The notes beneath the pieces are model-generated. The model worked only from the letters and a program-made list of their open reading frames with translations, did no database searches and was not told where the DNA came from. A stretch of 48,933 nucleotides of DNA. Origin: a virus. Lineage: Duplodnaviria > Caudoviricetes. Both the position numbers and the translations under genes were made by a program. Shown piece after piece: positions 35,956-46,377 of this stretch (position 1 is the stretch's first letter; every line of letters starts with the position of its first letter). The stretch lies in the IMG/VR virus record IMGVR_UViG_3300011336_000175, positions 1 to 48,933 of that record, one strand, 5' to 3'.

Positions 35956-35964
35956 TTTTAATCC

Positions 35965-36879
35965 TTAAGCCAGATTGAATTGTTTCAAAGCAGTCATCAA
36001 GTTACCCAGACCACCAATAGTAGAAGACAACTGACCGATACCACTTTGAGAAGCGGCTTGGTTAGAGACAGTAGAAATAGGCAGACCTTGAAGCATAGAT
36101 TGCTGGAACTGCAACATCTTTTGTGGGTAGTCACGTTGAGCTAAGAACTCATTGTAGTCAGCAGTAATACCTTCTTGCTCAATACCGCGCTGTTGTGCGC
36201 CAGCTTGACCCATCATGTCAGCCAATGTCTTAGCTTGACCTTGCTCCGTATTAAACTGACCCATAGCTTTGTCGTAAGCGTTAGAGTAACCAGTACCAAT
36301 AGCTTGGTTCTGTGCCTGCAACAAATTGCGATTAGCTTCAGATTCCATAATAGCCTGACGACCACCGCCGTAGCCACCAGCTTGAGTCATCTTAGCCATG
36401 CTAGGCTGCATATTAATCTGTGACTGGCGGCGCAGTTCTTCCAACTGTGGCTGAAGAACAGATTGCAAGTATGGGTTCATGTACTGAGAAGCAACTCCTA
36501 ATGGAGGAGTAGTAGTACCTGTAGCTTGATTACCACCACCTCCTAATCCACCAATACCACCACCCATAGGAGCGCCAGCACCAGTGCCAATAGCACCGGG
36601 GGCATACGCGCCGGGTGTCATAGCTGGAGGCTGATACGCGCCACTAGAACTAAATGTCTGACCCAACTGACTAGGAAAACTTAATTCTCCCAAACCTTTA
36701 AATACATTGGTTTGTAGTGCAGATTCGCCAGCCGTCATTGGGCCTTGGTAAACAGAATAGGGCTGATTAGCAACTGCCTGTGCCTGACCCAGCATGTCCG
36801 TTACATACGGGCCTGCCCATTCAGATAAAGTCTGTTGTGCAGAACTGCCTACTGGTGGTGTTACTGGTGTGGTAGCCAT
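35965..36879 (-). CDS. DNA transfer/pilot-like virion protein
   Basis: YMNPYLQSV, AGGYGGGRQAI, Q/G-rich. Confidence 0.65.
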   Translation of the reverse strand: MATTPVTPPVGSSAQQTLSEWAGPYVTDMLGQAQAVANQPYSVYQGPMTAGESALQTNVFKGLGELSFPSQLGQTFSSSGAYQPPAMTPGAYAPGAIGTGAGAPMGGGIGGLGGGGNQATGTTTPPLGVASQYMNPYLQSVLQPQLEELRRQSQINMQPSMAKMTQAGGYGGGRQAIMESEANRNLLQAQNQAIGTGYSNAYDKAMGQFNTEQGQAKTLADMMGQAGAQQRGIEQEGITADYNEFLAQRDYPQKMLQFQQSMLQGLPISTVSNQAASQSGIGQLSSTIGGLGNLMTALKQFNLA

Positions 36880-36887
36880 ATTAATCC

Positions 36888-37874
36888 TTAAACGGGAAGA
36901 TGTTTGTCAGCTTGAGTATTAGCTGCAATGTTTTTAGCCTTAGATCGTGTCTTTTTAATACGATCCATCATGGCATAGAGTTTACGTGCTCCAGCTTCTG
37001 TCGAGCCATTGCCCAATTCAGAAACAATGCGAGCGGGTACAACAAACTCACCATCAGCAAGACGGGCTGGTTGACGACCGCCAATGGTTGCAGGGATGTC
37101 ATCAGACACACCATCACCGGGGCCACGAAGTAGTTGTCCACCATCTGAGTATCCTCCTAAACTAGCTATTCCGCCCGAGTTAAATACTTTATAAGACGTA
37201 TCCTCAACGCCAGTAGGAGGAACAACAGTATCTACTGGAGGAGTAACTGGAGGCACAACAGGAGGTGTTACTGCTGGAAGAATTTCAGCAGGAGCAGCTT
37301 CACCAGCCTTTGTATATTGCATAGGACTGAAGTAAGTCACCCCACCAGAACCGGGACGGCGAGCTAACATGTTTGGCCCTATTGCAGCTTGGTAACGGGA
37401 TTGAACTTGCTGAGTTGGTAACTGCATAATGCCAGCCATACGTTCAGGACTAATACCGTACTCGTTCATTCCTTTGGCTACCATAGCATCATTAATTCCG
37501 GGGCGCAGGGCATAGTCACGAATCTCAGTATCTGTTGGCTTGTAAGTACTAGGTACGCCAGTAGTGGGTACAGCATACTGCTGACGAGAAGCTGTGTACT
37601 TAGGGATGCCACCTTGATAGCCAGCAAACTGACCACTACTACCGCCAAGCATCTTGTTTAGTAAAGCACTAATGCCTCCTAAACCAATAAGCTGACCGGC
37701 TGCTCCAAGAGGTGATTTTCCTGAAAAGAACTTAGTAACATCTTTTAAATTGAAGTTAGAAAAGTCACCAGTGTTAGCCCAGTCAGGGGTTTCTAAACCT
37801 GTTTGGGCATTTTCACCAGAATTAGCTTCCGTTTGTTCTACCCATTCTCCAGCATCTTCGTCCCATACCAGCAT
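36888..37874 (-). CDS. Virion protein with GPGDGVSDDIPA...LADGEFVVPA domain
   Basis: C-terminal motif common in phage virion proteins. Confidence 0.7.
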   Translation of the reverse strand: MLVWDEDAGEWVEQTEANSGENAQTGLETPDWANTGDFSNFNLKDVTKFFSGKSPLGAAGQLIGLGGISALLNKMLGGSSGQFAGYQGGIPKYTASRQQYAVPTTGVPSTYKPTDTEIRDYALRPGINDAMVAKGMNEYGISPERMAGIMQLPTQQVQSRYQAAIGPNMLARRPGSGGVTYFSPMQYTKAGEAAPAEILPAVTPPVVPPVTPPVDTVVPPTGVEDTSYKVFNSGGIASLGGYSDGGQLLRGPGDGVSDDIPATIGGRQPARLADGEFVVPARIVSELGNGSTEAGARKLYAMMDRIKKTRSKAKNIAANTQADKHLPV

Positions 37875-37875
37875 A

Positions 37876-40800
37876 TTAGGCTCCCTTTTTCACAATATTA
37901 AGTAAGTCGTCAAACGACATTGAATCACTGGATTGTCCTAAGATTAAATCAAGTGCGTCATTAGCGTTATTTTCCTTTGTTTTCTGCTCTTGAGCAATGT
38001 CTTCTAACAGTTCTCCCTCTGCTCCCGCTTTGGTCACACTAAGAGGACGGTATTCTTCTTCTTCAAGCTCACCTTTTTTATTGAGTTTCTGCCTCTTAGA
38101 GCCAAAGTCTTTGCCGTAGTAGAAGACATTAGCCAAAGCTGGGATACCAAAGGCGGCGGCAATAGCCTGAGCCTGCGGCATGCTAAACGGCTGCGTAGAT
38201 TTGGTAGGCGTTACGCTAACTTTTACTGACACCTTAACGCTAGGCGTTATCGACGGGCTAGGACTTACAGACGGCGTTACAGATACTTCAGGCGTAATGC
38301 TAGGAGTGATAGACACGCTAGGCGTAATGCTAGGCGTAATAGATACCGATGGCGTAACACTAGGCACTACGCTAACAGAAGGTGTTACAGAAGGAACAAC
38401 TGACACCGACGGGCTAACAGATGGAGACACTGACACGCTTGGGCTGACAGAGACAGATACCTTTAACGATGGGCTTACCGATGGCGAGACAGCCACACTA
38501 GGACTGACCGAGGGAGACACAGCAACACTCGGGCTAACGGACGGTGAAACAGCTACGCTTGGACTAACAGACGGAGACACCGCGACACTAGGACTTACTG
38601 AAGGCGATACAGCCACACTTGGACTAACCGATGGCGATACGGCAACGCTAGGACTCACGGAAGGAGACACGGCAACGCTTGGACTAACAGATGGAGATAC
38701 CGCTACGCTCGGACTTACCGATGGAGACACTGCTACGCTAGGACTTACTGACGGTGAAACCCCTACACTTGGACTGACTGAAGGCGACACCGCTACGCTT
38801 GGGCTAACCGAAGGAGACACACCAACGCTAGGAGTAACTGAAGGTTTAACTGAAACACTAGGACTGACAGACGGCACCACAGAAACACTAGGAACAACAA
38901 TAGGTGTAACTGTAGTACTTGGTGAAACTGTTACAGACGGTGAAACATTTGGCTCAGTACTTGGCGAAGTTGTTACAGCAGGAACAATCTTGGTGGAGAC
39001 CGATGGAGAAGTAGAGACCGCAGGACTTACAACTGGACTAGCCGTAACAGCAGGTTTAACAGTTACTTGCGGATCAAATGTAGTGATCTTGTCTAAGTCT
39101 TCTTTATAAACAGGATTACCTTGTTCATCATAAAACAATATTGTTTTAGAGCCAGTGACAGTAGGAGTTGCTTGAACTGTTTTAACTTCTTGGGTTAACT
39201 CACCATTTTCATTCAAGTATGGTTTAACAGTACTTAATGAATTAAAGTCTGGTATTGTATCTCCATAATTTATTAATGAATATCTAGTTTCTTTAGTAGC
39301 TGGATTATAGTAAGCACCAAAAGTTCCAATAGCCATTCCAGTAAGATCATTATCATAAACTACAGGACTGCTATATAAAACATTTCCTTTTGAATCTAAA
39401 ATTTGTTTTAATTCTCCAACACCTGCATTACCGCTATCAGTTTCAATAGCTTGTAAATTAGCCCATGCTTGACCAGCTTCTGTTTCAATCCAGTCATAAC
39501 CGTTGGCTTTTTTAAATGCTTCTTGCCAGTTTTCATTAGTAGGATCAGACAAAATAACCGAATTTAATTCACGGTTAAATGCTGCGTTACCCCCAGATAT
39601 AGCCCAGCTAGATCCAAGGATACCAATCAAATCATCTACAACACCGGGGCCAAACTTAGCCAACTGTGAAGCATCTGAACTTTTTAATAAGTTTTTGACA
39701 ATCTCTATAGGATCATTAGACCCAGCAGTAGCTGTCTTAGAGAAAGCATCAAAGATGGTATTAATAACACTACCATCTACAAATCCACCTTGACCACTCT
39801 TGATGGCCAATTGCCTAAGAATATCTTTTGCATCTTTCTGCGCTTGAGTCTGGGCTGCAAGAGAGTCTGAGCTAATAGTTTTCAGAATATTTGCCGCACT
39901 TGTAGCTGCATCAGCTTCAGTACCTATTACTTTAGTACCAATACTGTTAAGAATATTGTTTGCTTTTACTGTAGAGGTATCTACATCTACATTAGCTTTG
40001 CTAATTAAATCACCAACAGCAGTTTTAGATGCTTGAACTACATAATCAATATTAGTATCAGATATTCCTTGTGCTTTTAAATAACTTCTAAAAGCATCAG
40101 TATCTACTTGATTTGCATTTGTATATTGTGAAGCAGGATTAATTGCCCACCAGTTCTTTAATGTATTTAATACATTTGGAATATCAGATGCAGCAATCTT
40201 TCCAGATAACGTATCGTAAAGCTTTGGGCTATTGGCTATTAAATATGCAGCAGAAATAGCACCAGCAGTATTAGAAGCATAGGTATATTTATCTTCATCA
40301 GATAATGATACTACTTTATTATCTCTGTAATAAGTTCCTGTCGGAGATATAACAGTACCATCGGAGAAGTATTTCCAACCAAAACCGGGTTGTCCTTCTT
40401 GTGCTGTATTTTCAATCTCAGTAACAACAGGTTTACCTGTACCAGCATCTGTATAAATACCACTGTTTAATGATGCGTAGGCTGGAGAAGATGTATATGC
40501 GTTTGCAAATAATGAATCAATTTGGTTAAGCGTGATTGGCTTACCATCAGCACCAATACCCACCACAATGTCTGAACCATCAGACACTACTGTAGTAGGC
40601 GTGGTTGTAACATTTGTAGTTGGATTTCCAAGACCTTTAATTGTGTTGCCAAAGTTTGTACCAGCAGTAATCAGAGCAGACATATTGCCTGTTCTCTCAT
40701 ACAAATCTAAAGCGTTCTTAAAGCTAAGAGCCGAAGCAGCTACCTTTAAGTCACTGCTTCCAGTCAATACACTGGCCGCAGCAGCCATTCCTGCATAGTC

Positions 40801-42726
40801 ATTGTTAGCTAAAGCGTTACCAAAGTTAGCCCAGTTAACAGCAGTACTGACCGCTGGTGGTAGTGTTGCACCTGCTAAGTTAACACCGGCATTAATAACA
40901 CCTGCTAAGTTTTTTTGGTCAAGGGCATTAATTAAAGAAGCCGCATCTTTGGCTGTACTGATATTGCCAACGTTTTGAGCTAACCAGCTATTGTTATAAA
41001 GCTGTTCGGCACCAGCAAGATCGCCTGCTTTAAGAAGAGCATTGATCTCCGCAGTAACATTTGAAGCAAATCCTGAAGCGGCAGATAAAGCACCAAGAGC
41101 AGCCGATGCCCATTGACCATTTTGTGCAGCCTTAGCAGCGTTGTAAGCTTGAATATAAGGAGCCGCTGCTGGGAAAGCCAAAGATACAGCAGTTAAAACT
41201 ATTGGAAGAGTGTTCTCTTTGAAGTCAGCCCAGCCATTTTTAATTTCCCTAGTTATAGGAATGGCTAAACCAGTGCTTGTAAAAGTAAAACCATAGTCAG
41301 TTTCGTTATTGCCTAACGATGTACCTACAATGCTAATTACTTCACCAGTTTTTTTGTTATAGATTTCTTCTTGCTGAATAGTTCTAGTGCCTTGCTCCGT
41401 TTCTTGGTCTACATTTACCGTGCGTCTTCCAATATCAGCAAGGCTTGTGACTCCTGCCGCTATTAATTTGTTAGTAAAGTCCCATAGAACAGCTTCTTTA
41501 GATCCAAGACCATCTTTTTCTTTACCTAATGCACCACCTGTGTAGGCACCAGACATTCCATCAAGATTAGAGATGTTGTTAATCTGGTCAAACAAAGTTT
41601 TAGCCGTACCAGTAGCTGTAGTCCAAGCTGGGCCACCGCCATAACCAAAAGTACCATCAGCATTCTTGGTAATACCAAGCATGGTTAAGCGCCAAGGCTC
41701 CCATGAATTAAGGGTAGAAGTACTTAGTTCTCCATATCCGGGAACGTTTAGTAAGTTTCCACCGCTTCCCGCCACAGCAAGTGTGTCAATAGAAACCACT
41801 GTTGGCGATACAGTTGGAGAGATTGATACTTTAGGTGTAGTTAAAACTGTTGGTGTGGCTATAACTGTTGGCGTGGTAGAAACCAAAACAACAGGGCTTG
41901 TTGATACTACGGGTGTAACTACCGGAGTAACAACAGGAGTAGGCGTAACTACTGGTGTAACTACAGGTGTAACTTGAGGGCCAAACACACCCCTGCTCAT
42001 TACAAAATCCATCGTTGCATTATCTAAACCATAGTAGGCTTTGATTTGGTCAGGGGTTAACCCTGCCGCAGCAATGATGGCTGCTGTGGCCGCATAGTCA
42101 CCCCTGCCCCATGCAGCGTTAATTTGGTCAATAACTGATCTACTGATTCCGCCAGTTTCTTCTTCAGTAACAGTTGGAGATGTTGCAATAACTGTTGGAG
42201 AGGTGGCAATAACAGTTGGAGTGGTAACAGTAACCACTGGTGTGGCAACTGTAATTTCAGGAGTAGGCGTTGTTACTGTAACAACAGGTGACGTTACTGT
42301 TGTTACTGGAGATGCCACTGTAACAACCGGAGAAGCAACAGTCACAACTGGCGATGTAACTGTGGTTATTGGAGAAGCAACAGTTACGACGGGAGATGTT
42401 TCTGTAACAACTGGTGAACTTACAACAACTGGTGTAGTTACTACAGATGTTGTATCTACAGTAGTTGTTGGAAGTGTGGCTATACCAGTATCCCAATAAG
42501 GCGTAACTTTAGCTTGTGTAAAGTAATTGTTTACAGCATCTAAACCATAACCAGTAGCACGAGATAAATCTGCCGCAGAAACGCCGTACTGCTGAGCCGC
42601 CGCAGCTATGGCCGCAGGGTTGTTAATGTTAGCTTGTACATAAGCAAGGATGTCAGCATCCGTTACACCGCCCGTTCCGGGTGCAGTGTCTTCATAAGTC
42701 GTGCTGTAATTACCCTGTTGCGCCAT
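37876..42726 (-). CDS. Giant Ser/Thr/Pro/Val-rich mucin-like virion protein
   Basis: 1616 aa; N-terminal SPVVTV[AT] repeats, C-terminal (SVSPSVAVSP)n. Confidence 0.75.
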   Translation of the reverse strand: MAQQGNYSTTYEDTAPGTGGVTDADILAYVQANINNPAAIAAAAQQYGVSAADLSRATGYGLDAVNNYFTQAKVTPYWDTGIATLPTTTVDTTSVVTTPVVVSSPVVTETSPVVTVASPITTVTSPVVTVASPVVTVASPVTTVTSPVVTVTTPTPEITVATPVVTVTTPTVIATSPTVIATSPTVTEEETGGISRSVIDQINAAWGRGDYAATAAIIAAAGLTPDQIKAYYGLDNATMDFVMSRGVFGPQVTPVVTPVVTPTPVVTPVVTPVVSTSPVVLVSTTPTVIATPTVLTTPKVSISPTVSPTVVSIDTLAVAGSGGNLLNVPGYGELSTSTLNSWEPWRLTMLGITKNADGTFGYGGGPAWTTATGTAKTLFDQINNISNLDGMSGAYTGGALGKEKDGLGSKEAVLWDFTNKLIAAGVTSLADIGRRTVNVDQETEQGTRTIQQEEIYNKKTGEVISIVGTSLGNNETDYGFTFTSTGLAIPITREIKNGWADFKENTLPIVLTAVSLAFPAAAPYIQAYNAAKAAQNGQWASAALGALSAASGFASNVTAEINALLKAGDLAGAEQLYNNSWLAQNVGNISTAKDAASLINALDQKNLAGVINAGVNLAGATLPPAVSTAVNWANFGNALANNDYAGMAAAASVLTGSSDLKVAASALSFKNALDLYERTGNMSALITAGTNFGNTIKGLGNPTTNVTTTPTTVVSDGSDIVVGIGADGKPITLNQIDSLFANAYTSSPAYASLNSGIYTDAGTGKPVVTEIENTAQEGQPGFGWKYFSDGTVISPTGTYYRDNKVVSLSDEDKYTYASNTAGAISAAYLIANSPKLYDTLSGKIAASDIPNVLNTLKNWWAINPASQYTNANQVDTDAFRSYLKAQGISDTNIDYVVQASKTAVGDLISKANVDVDTSTVKANNILNSIGTKVIGTEADAATSAANILKTISSDSLAAQTQAQKDAKDILRQLAIKSGQGGFVDGSVINTIFDAFSKTATAGSNDPIEIVKNLLKSSDASQLAKFGPGVVDDLIGILGSSWAISGGNAAFNRELNSVILSDPTNENWQEAFKKANGYDWIETEAGQAWANLQAIETDSGNAGVGELKQILDSKGNVLYSSPVVYDNDLTGMAIGTFGAYYNPATKETRYSLINYGDTIPDFNSLSTVKPYLNENGELTQEVKTVQATPTVTGSKTILFYDEQGNPVYKEDLDKITTFDPQVTVKPAVTASPVVSPAVSTSPSVSTKIVPAVTTSPSTEPNVSPSVTVSPSTTVTPIVVPSVSVVPSVSPSVSVKPSVTPSVGVSPSVSPSVAVSPSVSPSVGVSPSVSPSVAVSPSVSPSVAVSPSVSPSVAVSPSVSPSVAVSPSVSPSVAVSPSVSPSVAVSPSVSPSVAVSPSVSPSVAVSPSVSPSVAVSPSVSPSLKVSVSVSPSVSVSPSVSPSVSVVPSVTPSVSVVPSVTPSVSITPSITPSVSITPSITPEVSVTPSVSPSPSITPSVKVSVKVSVTPTKSTQPFSMPQAQAIAAAFGIPALANVFYYGKDFGSKRQKLNKKGELEEEEYRPLSVTKAGAEGELLEDIAQEQKTKENNANDALDLILGQSSDSMSFDDLLNIVKKGA
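38200..39060 (-). repeat. Coding tandem repeat, 30-bp (10-aa) period SVSPSVAVSP
   Basis: More than 10 near-identical peptide units with heavily varied synonymous codons; boundaries approximate. Confidence 0.9.
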
Positions 42727-42734
42727 TTAAAACC

Positions 42735-43616
42735 TTAAGGCAAAGCTGAAACAAATGATAGTGTAGCCACAACAGAAGCTGTTGAGGGTTTAGTGGGTAA
42801 AGGCGTAGCAACGTAGTTCGGAATGGTTACGTTTACACCATCTGTAGACCACCATACCTCTACGTAATCACCTGCGTTCATGGATAGAAAATAGTTCCAG
42901 CCTTTGATGTCGTGCGATGGGTTATTGACGGCCTTGCGCTGTGGCATACCTACTTTACCCGTAGAGCCAATGATGTCCGTACCGTTTTGCTTTAACCAAA
43001 GATAGACATCTTGCGGTGTGTTGTCTTGGTTTTCAAGCTGTACACTGAACTGCATATTGTAAATTCCGGCATTTGCCACCGTCATTCGGGTCGTGCCCGT
43101 CAGCGTGACTTCATTTGAAAAATCAGTTGTATTAAAAAATAAAGCATAGGCAGTGGAGGGCGCTAGGGCAATTTGTTTACCCTCTACAGCATCCCCAGAT
43201 GTATGCGCCGCCGCAGTCGTTGACAAAGCCCCCCGAACGCAACCCGTAAATGATGTGGGCGTTGTACCCGTGTACGTTATAGTTTCGTTACCAATATAAA
43301 AGGCTTTAGGCGCAGCAACCGAAGCGGTGGGAAACGTAGCAGTAGATACCACGGGTATTGTAGTGACTGCATTGGTAATGTTAGCCGTCAAAGATGTTTG
43401 AGAGAAACAAGAAAACGCTCCGTAGGGTAATCGTATCCCTGCCCCTCCAGAAGATGTTTGCAACTGAGCCGTCAAAGCATCTAGCCTGTTGAAATATAGG
43501 CGAAGCACATTTAATAACTGGTCAAAATACTGGCGGTCGTATTCAAGCGTGGCAAGTGGCAAGTTAGGCGCGGCTACCTTGTTTAACTCAAACTCAGACG
43601 TAATGATGTAGCTCAT
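42735..43616 (-). CDS. Tail-associated protein
   Basis: APNLP...LRLYFNRLD N-terminus; beta-rich C-terminus (AGIYNMQFSVQ, AGDYVEVWW). Confidence 0.65.
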   Translation of the reverse strand: MSYIITSEFELNKVAAPNLPLATLEYDRQYFDQLLNVLRLYFNRLDALTAQLQTSSGGAGIRLPYGAFSCFSQTSLTANITNAVTTIPVVSTATFPTASVAAPKAFYIGNETITYTGTTPTSFTGCVRGALSTTAAAHTSGDAVEGKQIALAPSTAYALFFNTTDFSNEVTLTGTTRMTVANAGIYNMQFSVQLENQDNTPQDVYLWLKQNGTDIIGSTGKVGMPQRKAVNNPSHDIKGWNYFLSMNAGDYVEVWWSTDGVNVTIPNYVATPLPTKPSTASVVATLSFVSALP

Positions 43617-44233
43617 ACCGCGCCCCAGTGTAGGCGTTCAAGTTCTTTGCGGGCGGCGGCGGCCTCTTCTACAGTAGCGCACAACTTTGAGTAGTATGAT
43701 TTTTTGCCGACTGTTATTTTGGCTAAAAATTTACGGCCAACTACTGATACACCTATAAACCCAGTAGTGCTATTTACGCGCAAACGTGTATTTCTGTTTT
43801 GAGTTTGTACGCCCGCCCAACGACAGTTTTTGGGCGAGTAATTGCCGTACACATCAATACGATCTAGCGTTTCATCGCCCTCTGGTTCGCCCATATCGGC
43901 AACAAAATTAGCGTATTCCAACCATTCCGCGCAGACAGACACGCCTTTCCCGCCATACCGAGGGTAATCTTTGTCTGTTGAAATTGTGCACCGTCTAACC
44001 ATTGCTCGCCATGTATTGTAAGAACCTTTACCAGAACCACCATGTTTAAGATTTGGGACTACACAGCCGCATGAGCTTGTATTGCCCGTCACCAAACTTC
44101 CAGAAACCACCACAGTTTCATTACCGCATTCACACCGACAACGCCACAATACCTTTTTTAATTTGTCGCGTCCAGCTTGTTTAATCACTGTCAACTTACC
44201 AAAAACTTGCCCTGTCCTGTCTACGAGTTTCAT
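43613..44233 (-). CDS. HNH-AP2-type homing endonuclease
   Basis: TGQVFGKLTV, WRCRCECG, SCGC, YGGKGVSVC..W, LDRID..GNYSPKNCRW, C-terminal AP2-like GFIGV...EEAAAAR. Confidence 0.88.
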   Translation of the reverse strand: MKLVDRTGQVFGKLTVIKQAGRDKLKKVLWRCRCECGNETVVVSGSLVTGNTSSCGCVVPNLKHGGSGKGSYNTWRAMVRRCTISTDKDYPRYGGKGVSVCAEWLEYANFVADMGEPEGDETLDRIDVYGNYSPKNCRWAGVQTQNRNTRLRVNSTTGFIGVSVVGRKFLAKITVGKKSYYSKLCATVEEAAAARKELERLHWGAV

Positions 44234-44286
44234 AAAAGCTCCTTGTTAAGAGCCTACAGTATATCACCATGTAGATAGATGGGATG

Positions 44287-46374
44287 TCATCTCCTCCCAT
44301 CAGGACGAATATCGATGCGGGTAGAACCCAACTGCCATGTTGTTCCAAGGTTAGAAGAACCAACCTTTAAGATAAGCTGACGGCCACGTACCCTTGTGTT
44401 AATTTGACCAGTGAAGCCTTCAGTCACTGTGTACTGAGCGCCTGTCAACTTGTCTACATTAGCTGTGGATGGCGTTCCAGTACCAGAACCTGAGTTCTGC
44501 ATGGGGTACAGGGTATAAGTTACTTCGGGCGTAGGAGAAGCGTCAGAACCTGAGAACGTCAAGTCAGGTAACATTCTCCAGACAAAACCAAATCTATCAC
44601 CATCATCAATGTCAAACTCAGCAGATGAGATATACGCCTCAATACCTGCGGGCGTACCAGTCTCGTTGTTGTCTAAGCCGTACTCTTGATTAACCAAGTT
44701 ATAGCTGTACGTAGCTGCCACAGGGTAATCCCTTAGACCAGAATCTAACCATGCTGTTCGTGCCATCGTGCCGTAATACCATACCTTTTCAAGGTAGTTG
44801 TACACCACATAGCGGTCAATAGTAAAACTGCCAGTCGAACAATAGAACCACCAGACTTCGTTAAATCCCTCATTGGTACTAGCAAAGACTTGTTGGTTCT
44901 GGTCAAGGTTAATGTCTTGGTAGATATAGCGGCGTAGATCGCAACTAAGGGTCTGCAAGCGGCCATCGTACAGATAGAATTTATCTACACCCATCCAGTA
45001 CACCACGCCAGAAGCTTGGGCTGCTGCGTTCTGACCAAGAATAGAAATGTTGTCACCCATCAATTGGCTAGACCAAACCACTGGCGGGCCAATGTACTGC
45101 AATGAATAGATGGCTGAGTCAGTCCACACCAAGATCTCTTGACGGGTTTGGATGGCTGTAATGATGCTAGAACCGTGCGACAGGGTAACGCTACCAGCCT
45201 GATTGGTAGATGCGGGTGTCCAGTTAGTCAAAGATTCTTGATCTGACCAGCGCACCAGCATTGGGTTTTGCACTGTAGAACCATAGTCATTACAGCCAAA
45301 CGCAAATACAAACCGGCTTACGTCAGATACATAGATGTAGTTCTGGATAATTGGTACGTCAGAAGCCCCTGACAGGCTGGTGATGTTTACACCATTGGGC
45401 ATGATGTAGTGATCGCCAGACTGAGTTCCAGTTGTGTTGATAGCCGCACCGCCAACAGTCGCCGCTAAATTAAACGTATTGCCGCTAGAGTTAATGACGT
45501 AATAAATTGTTCCGGGTGACAAGCCTGTAGGTAACGCAGACGGATAACCGCTGTTTGTAAAAACAACTGGTGAACCATTAGGTAAACTAAAAGCGGCAGT
45601 AACTACCGCAGGAGAGGCGATTGTGATCGTAGCCAAGGATGGATCTACACCATAACCAGCGTCCCAATAATAGATTGGGCCACCACGATAACCATACACC
45701 AAGTCTTCACCAAAGTTGTTCTGACTCCAAAGACGCAAAGCAGATGAAGATGTACCGCCAAAGCCCCAAGTTCCTGCGCCCCATGTACCTGCACCCCAGC
45801 CAGCTAGTGGAATTTCGTAAGGATCACCTACATTAATTTGGTAGATAGCATTAACAGTTGTACCACCACCAGCCGCCACAGTAGAGGTTGCCGCCGTAGG
45901 AGCTACGATTGTGTAGGTGTTTGCATCCACATAGGTGATGGAAAACTCACCGTTTAAATCAAGTCCACCAACAGGGGCTACGTTGCTGAACGTTACAAAG
46001 TCGTTAGTTACTGCACCGTGGGCGGTGTCCGTAACGGTAACTAGGGTAAGTAAGTTGGTTGTGGCAAATGGATTACTGAGGATGGCTGAAGCCCGAATAG
46101 GTGTGATGTCGTTGTACTGACCACCCAACTCAAGGTAAAACTTAAGGTTAGTGCCTACACCAATGAGGTTTAGGTTGTCTAGCGTAATCCAATTCCACAA
46201 AGAACGGCACAGACCTTGGAACGTGGATACAGAGATACGTGCCCAGCCACCTATTTTCTCTGGAGTGCCTTGTCGGAACCGAACTTTGTCGGACTCATAC
46301 CAGCCATTCTCGTTGGTATAACGGGTGTTCTCCCGGTTAACTCCCGGCTTCAGTACAAGTTTCTTAAGTGCCAT
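44287..46374 (-). CDS. Tail tubular/nozzle (beta-propeller, P22 gp10-like) protein
   Basis: 695 aa; PGVNRE, VRFRQGTPEKIGGW, RWSDQE, EVWWFY; position in the tail module. Confidence 0.75.
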   Translation of the reverse strand: MALKKLVLKPGVNRENTRYTNENGWYESDKVRFRQGTPEKIGGWARISVSTFQGLCRSLWNWITLDNLNLIGVGTNLKFYLELGGQYNDITPIRASAILSNPFATTNLLTLVTVTDTAHGAVTNDFVTFSNVAPVGGLDLNGEFSITYVDANTYTIVAPTAATSTVAAGGGTTVNAIYQINVGDPYEIPLAGWGAGTWGAGTWGFGGTSSSALRLWSQNNFGEDLVYGYRGGPIYYWDAGYGVDPSLATITIASPAVVTAAFSLPNGSPVVFTNSGYPSALPTGLSPGTIYYVINSSGNTFNLAATVGGAAINTTGTQSGDHYIMPNGVNITSLSGASDVPIIQNYIYVSDVSRFVFAFGCNDYGSTVQNPMLVRWSDQESLTNWTPASTNQAGSVTLSHGSSIITAIQTRQEILVWTDSAIYSLQYIGPPVVWSSQLMGDNISILGQNAAAQASGVVYWMGVDKFYLYDGRLQTLSCDLRRYIYQDINLDQNQQVFASTNEGFNEVWWFYCSTGSFTIDRYVVYNYLEKVWYYGTMARTAWLDSGLRDYPVAATYSYNLVNQEYGLDNNETGTPAGIEAYISSAEFDIDDGDRFGFVWRMLPDLTFSGSDASPTPEVTYTLYPMQNSGSGTGTPSTANVDKLTGAQYTVTEGFTGQINTRVRGRQLILKVGSSNLGTTWQLGSTRIDIRPDGRR

Positions 46375-46377
46375 CGC

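Noticed and set aside
38180-39109. 309-aa plus-strand ORF with TLGLTDGDTA repeats
   Set aside because: Antisense shadow of the SVSPSVAVSP repeat; no independent expression signals
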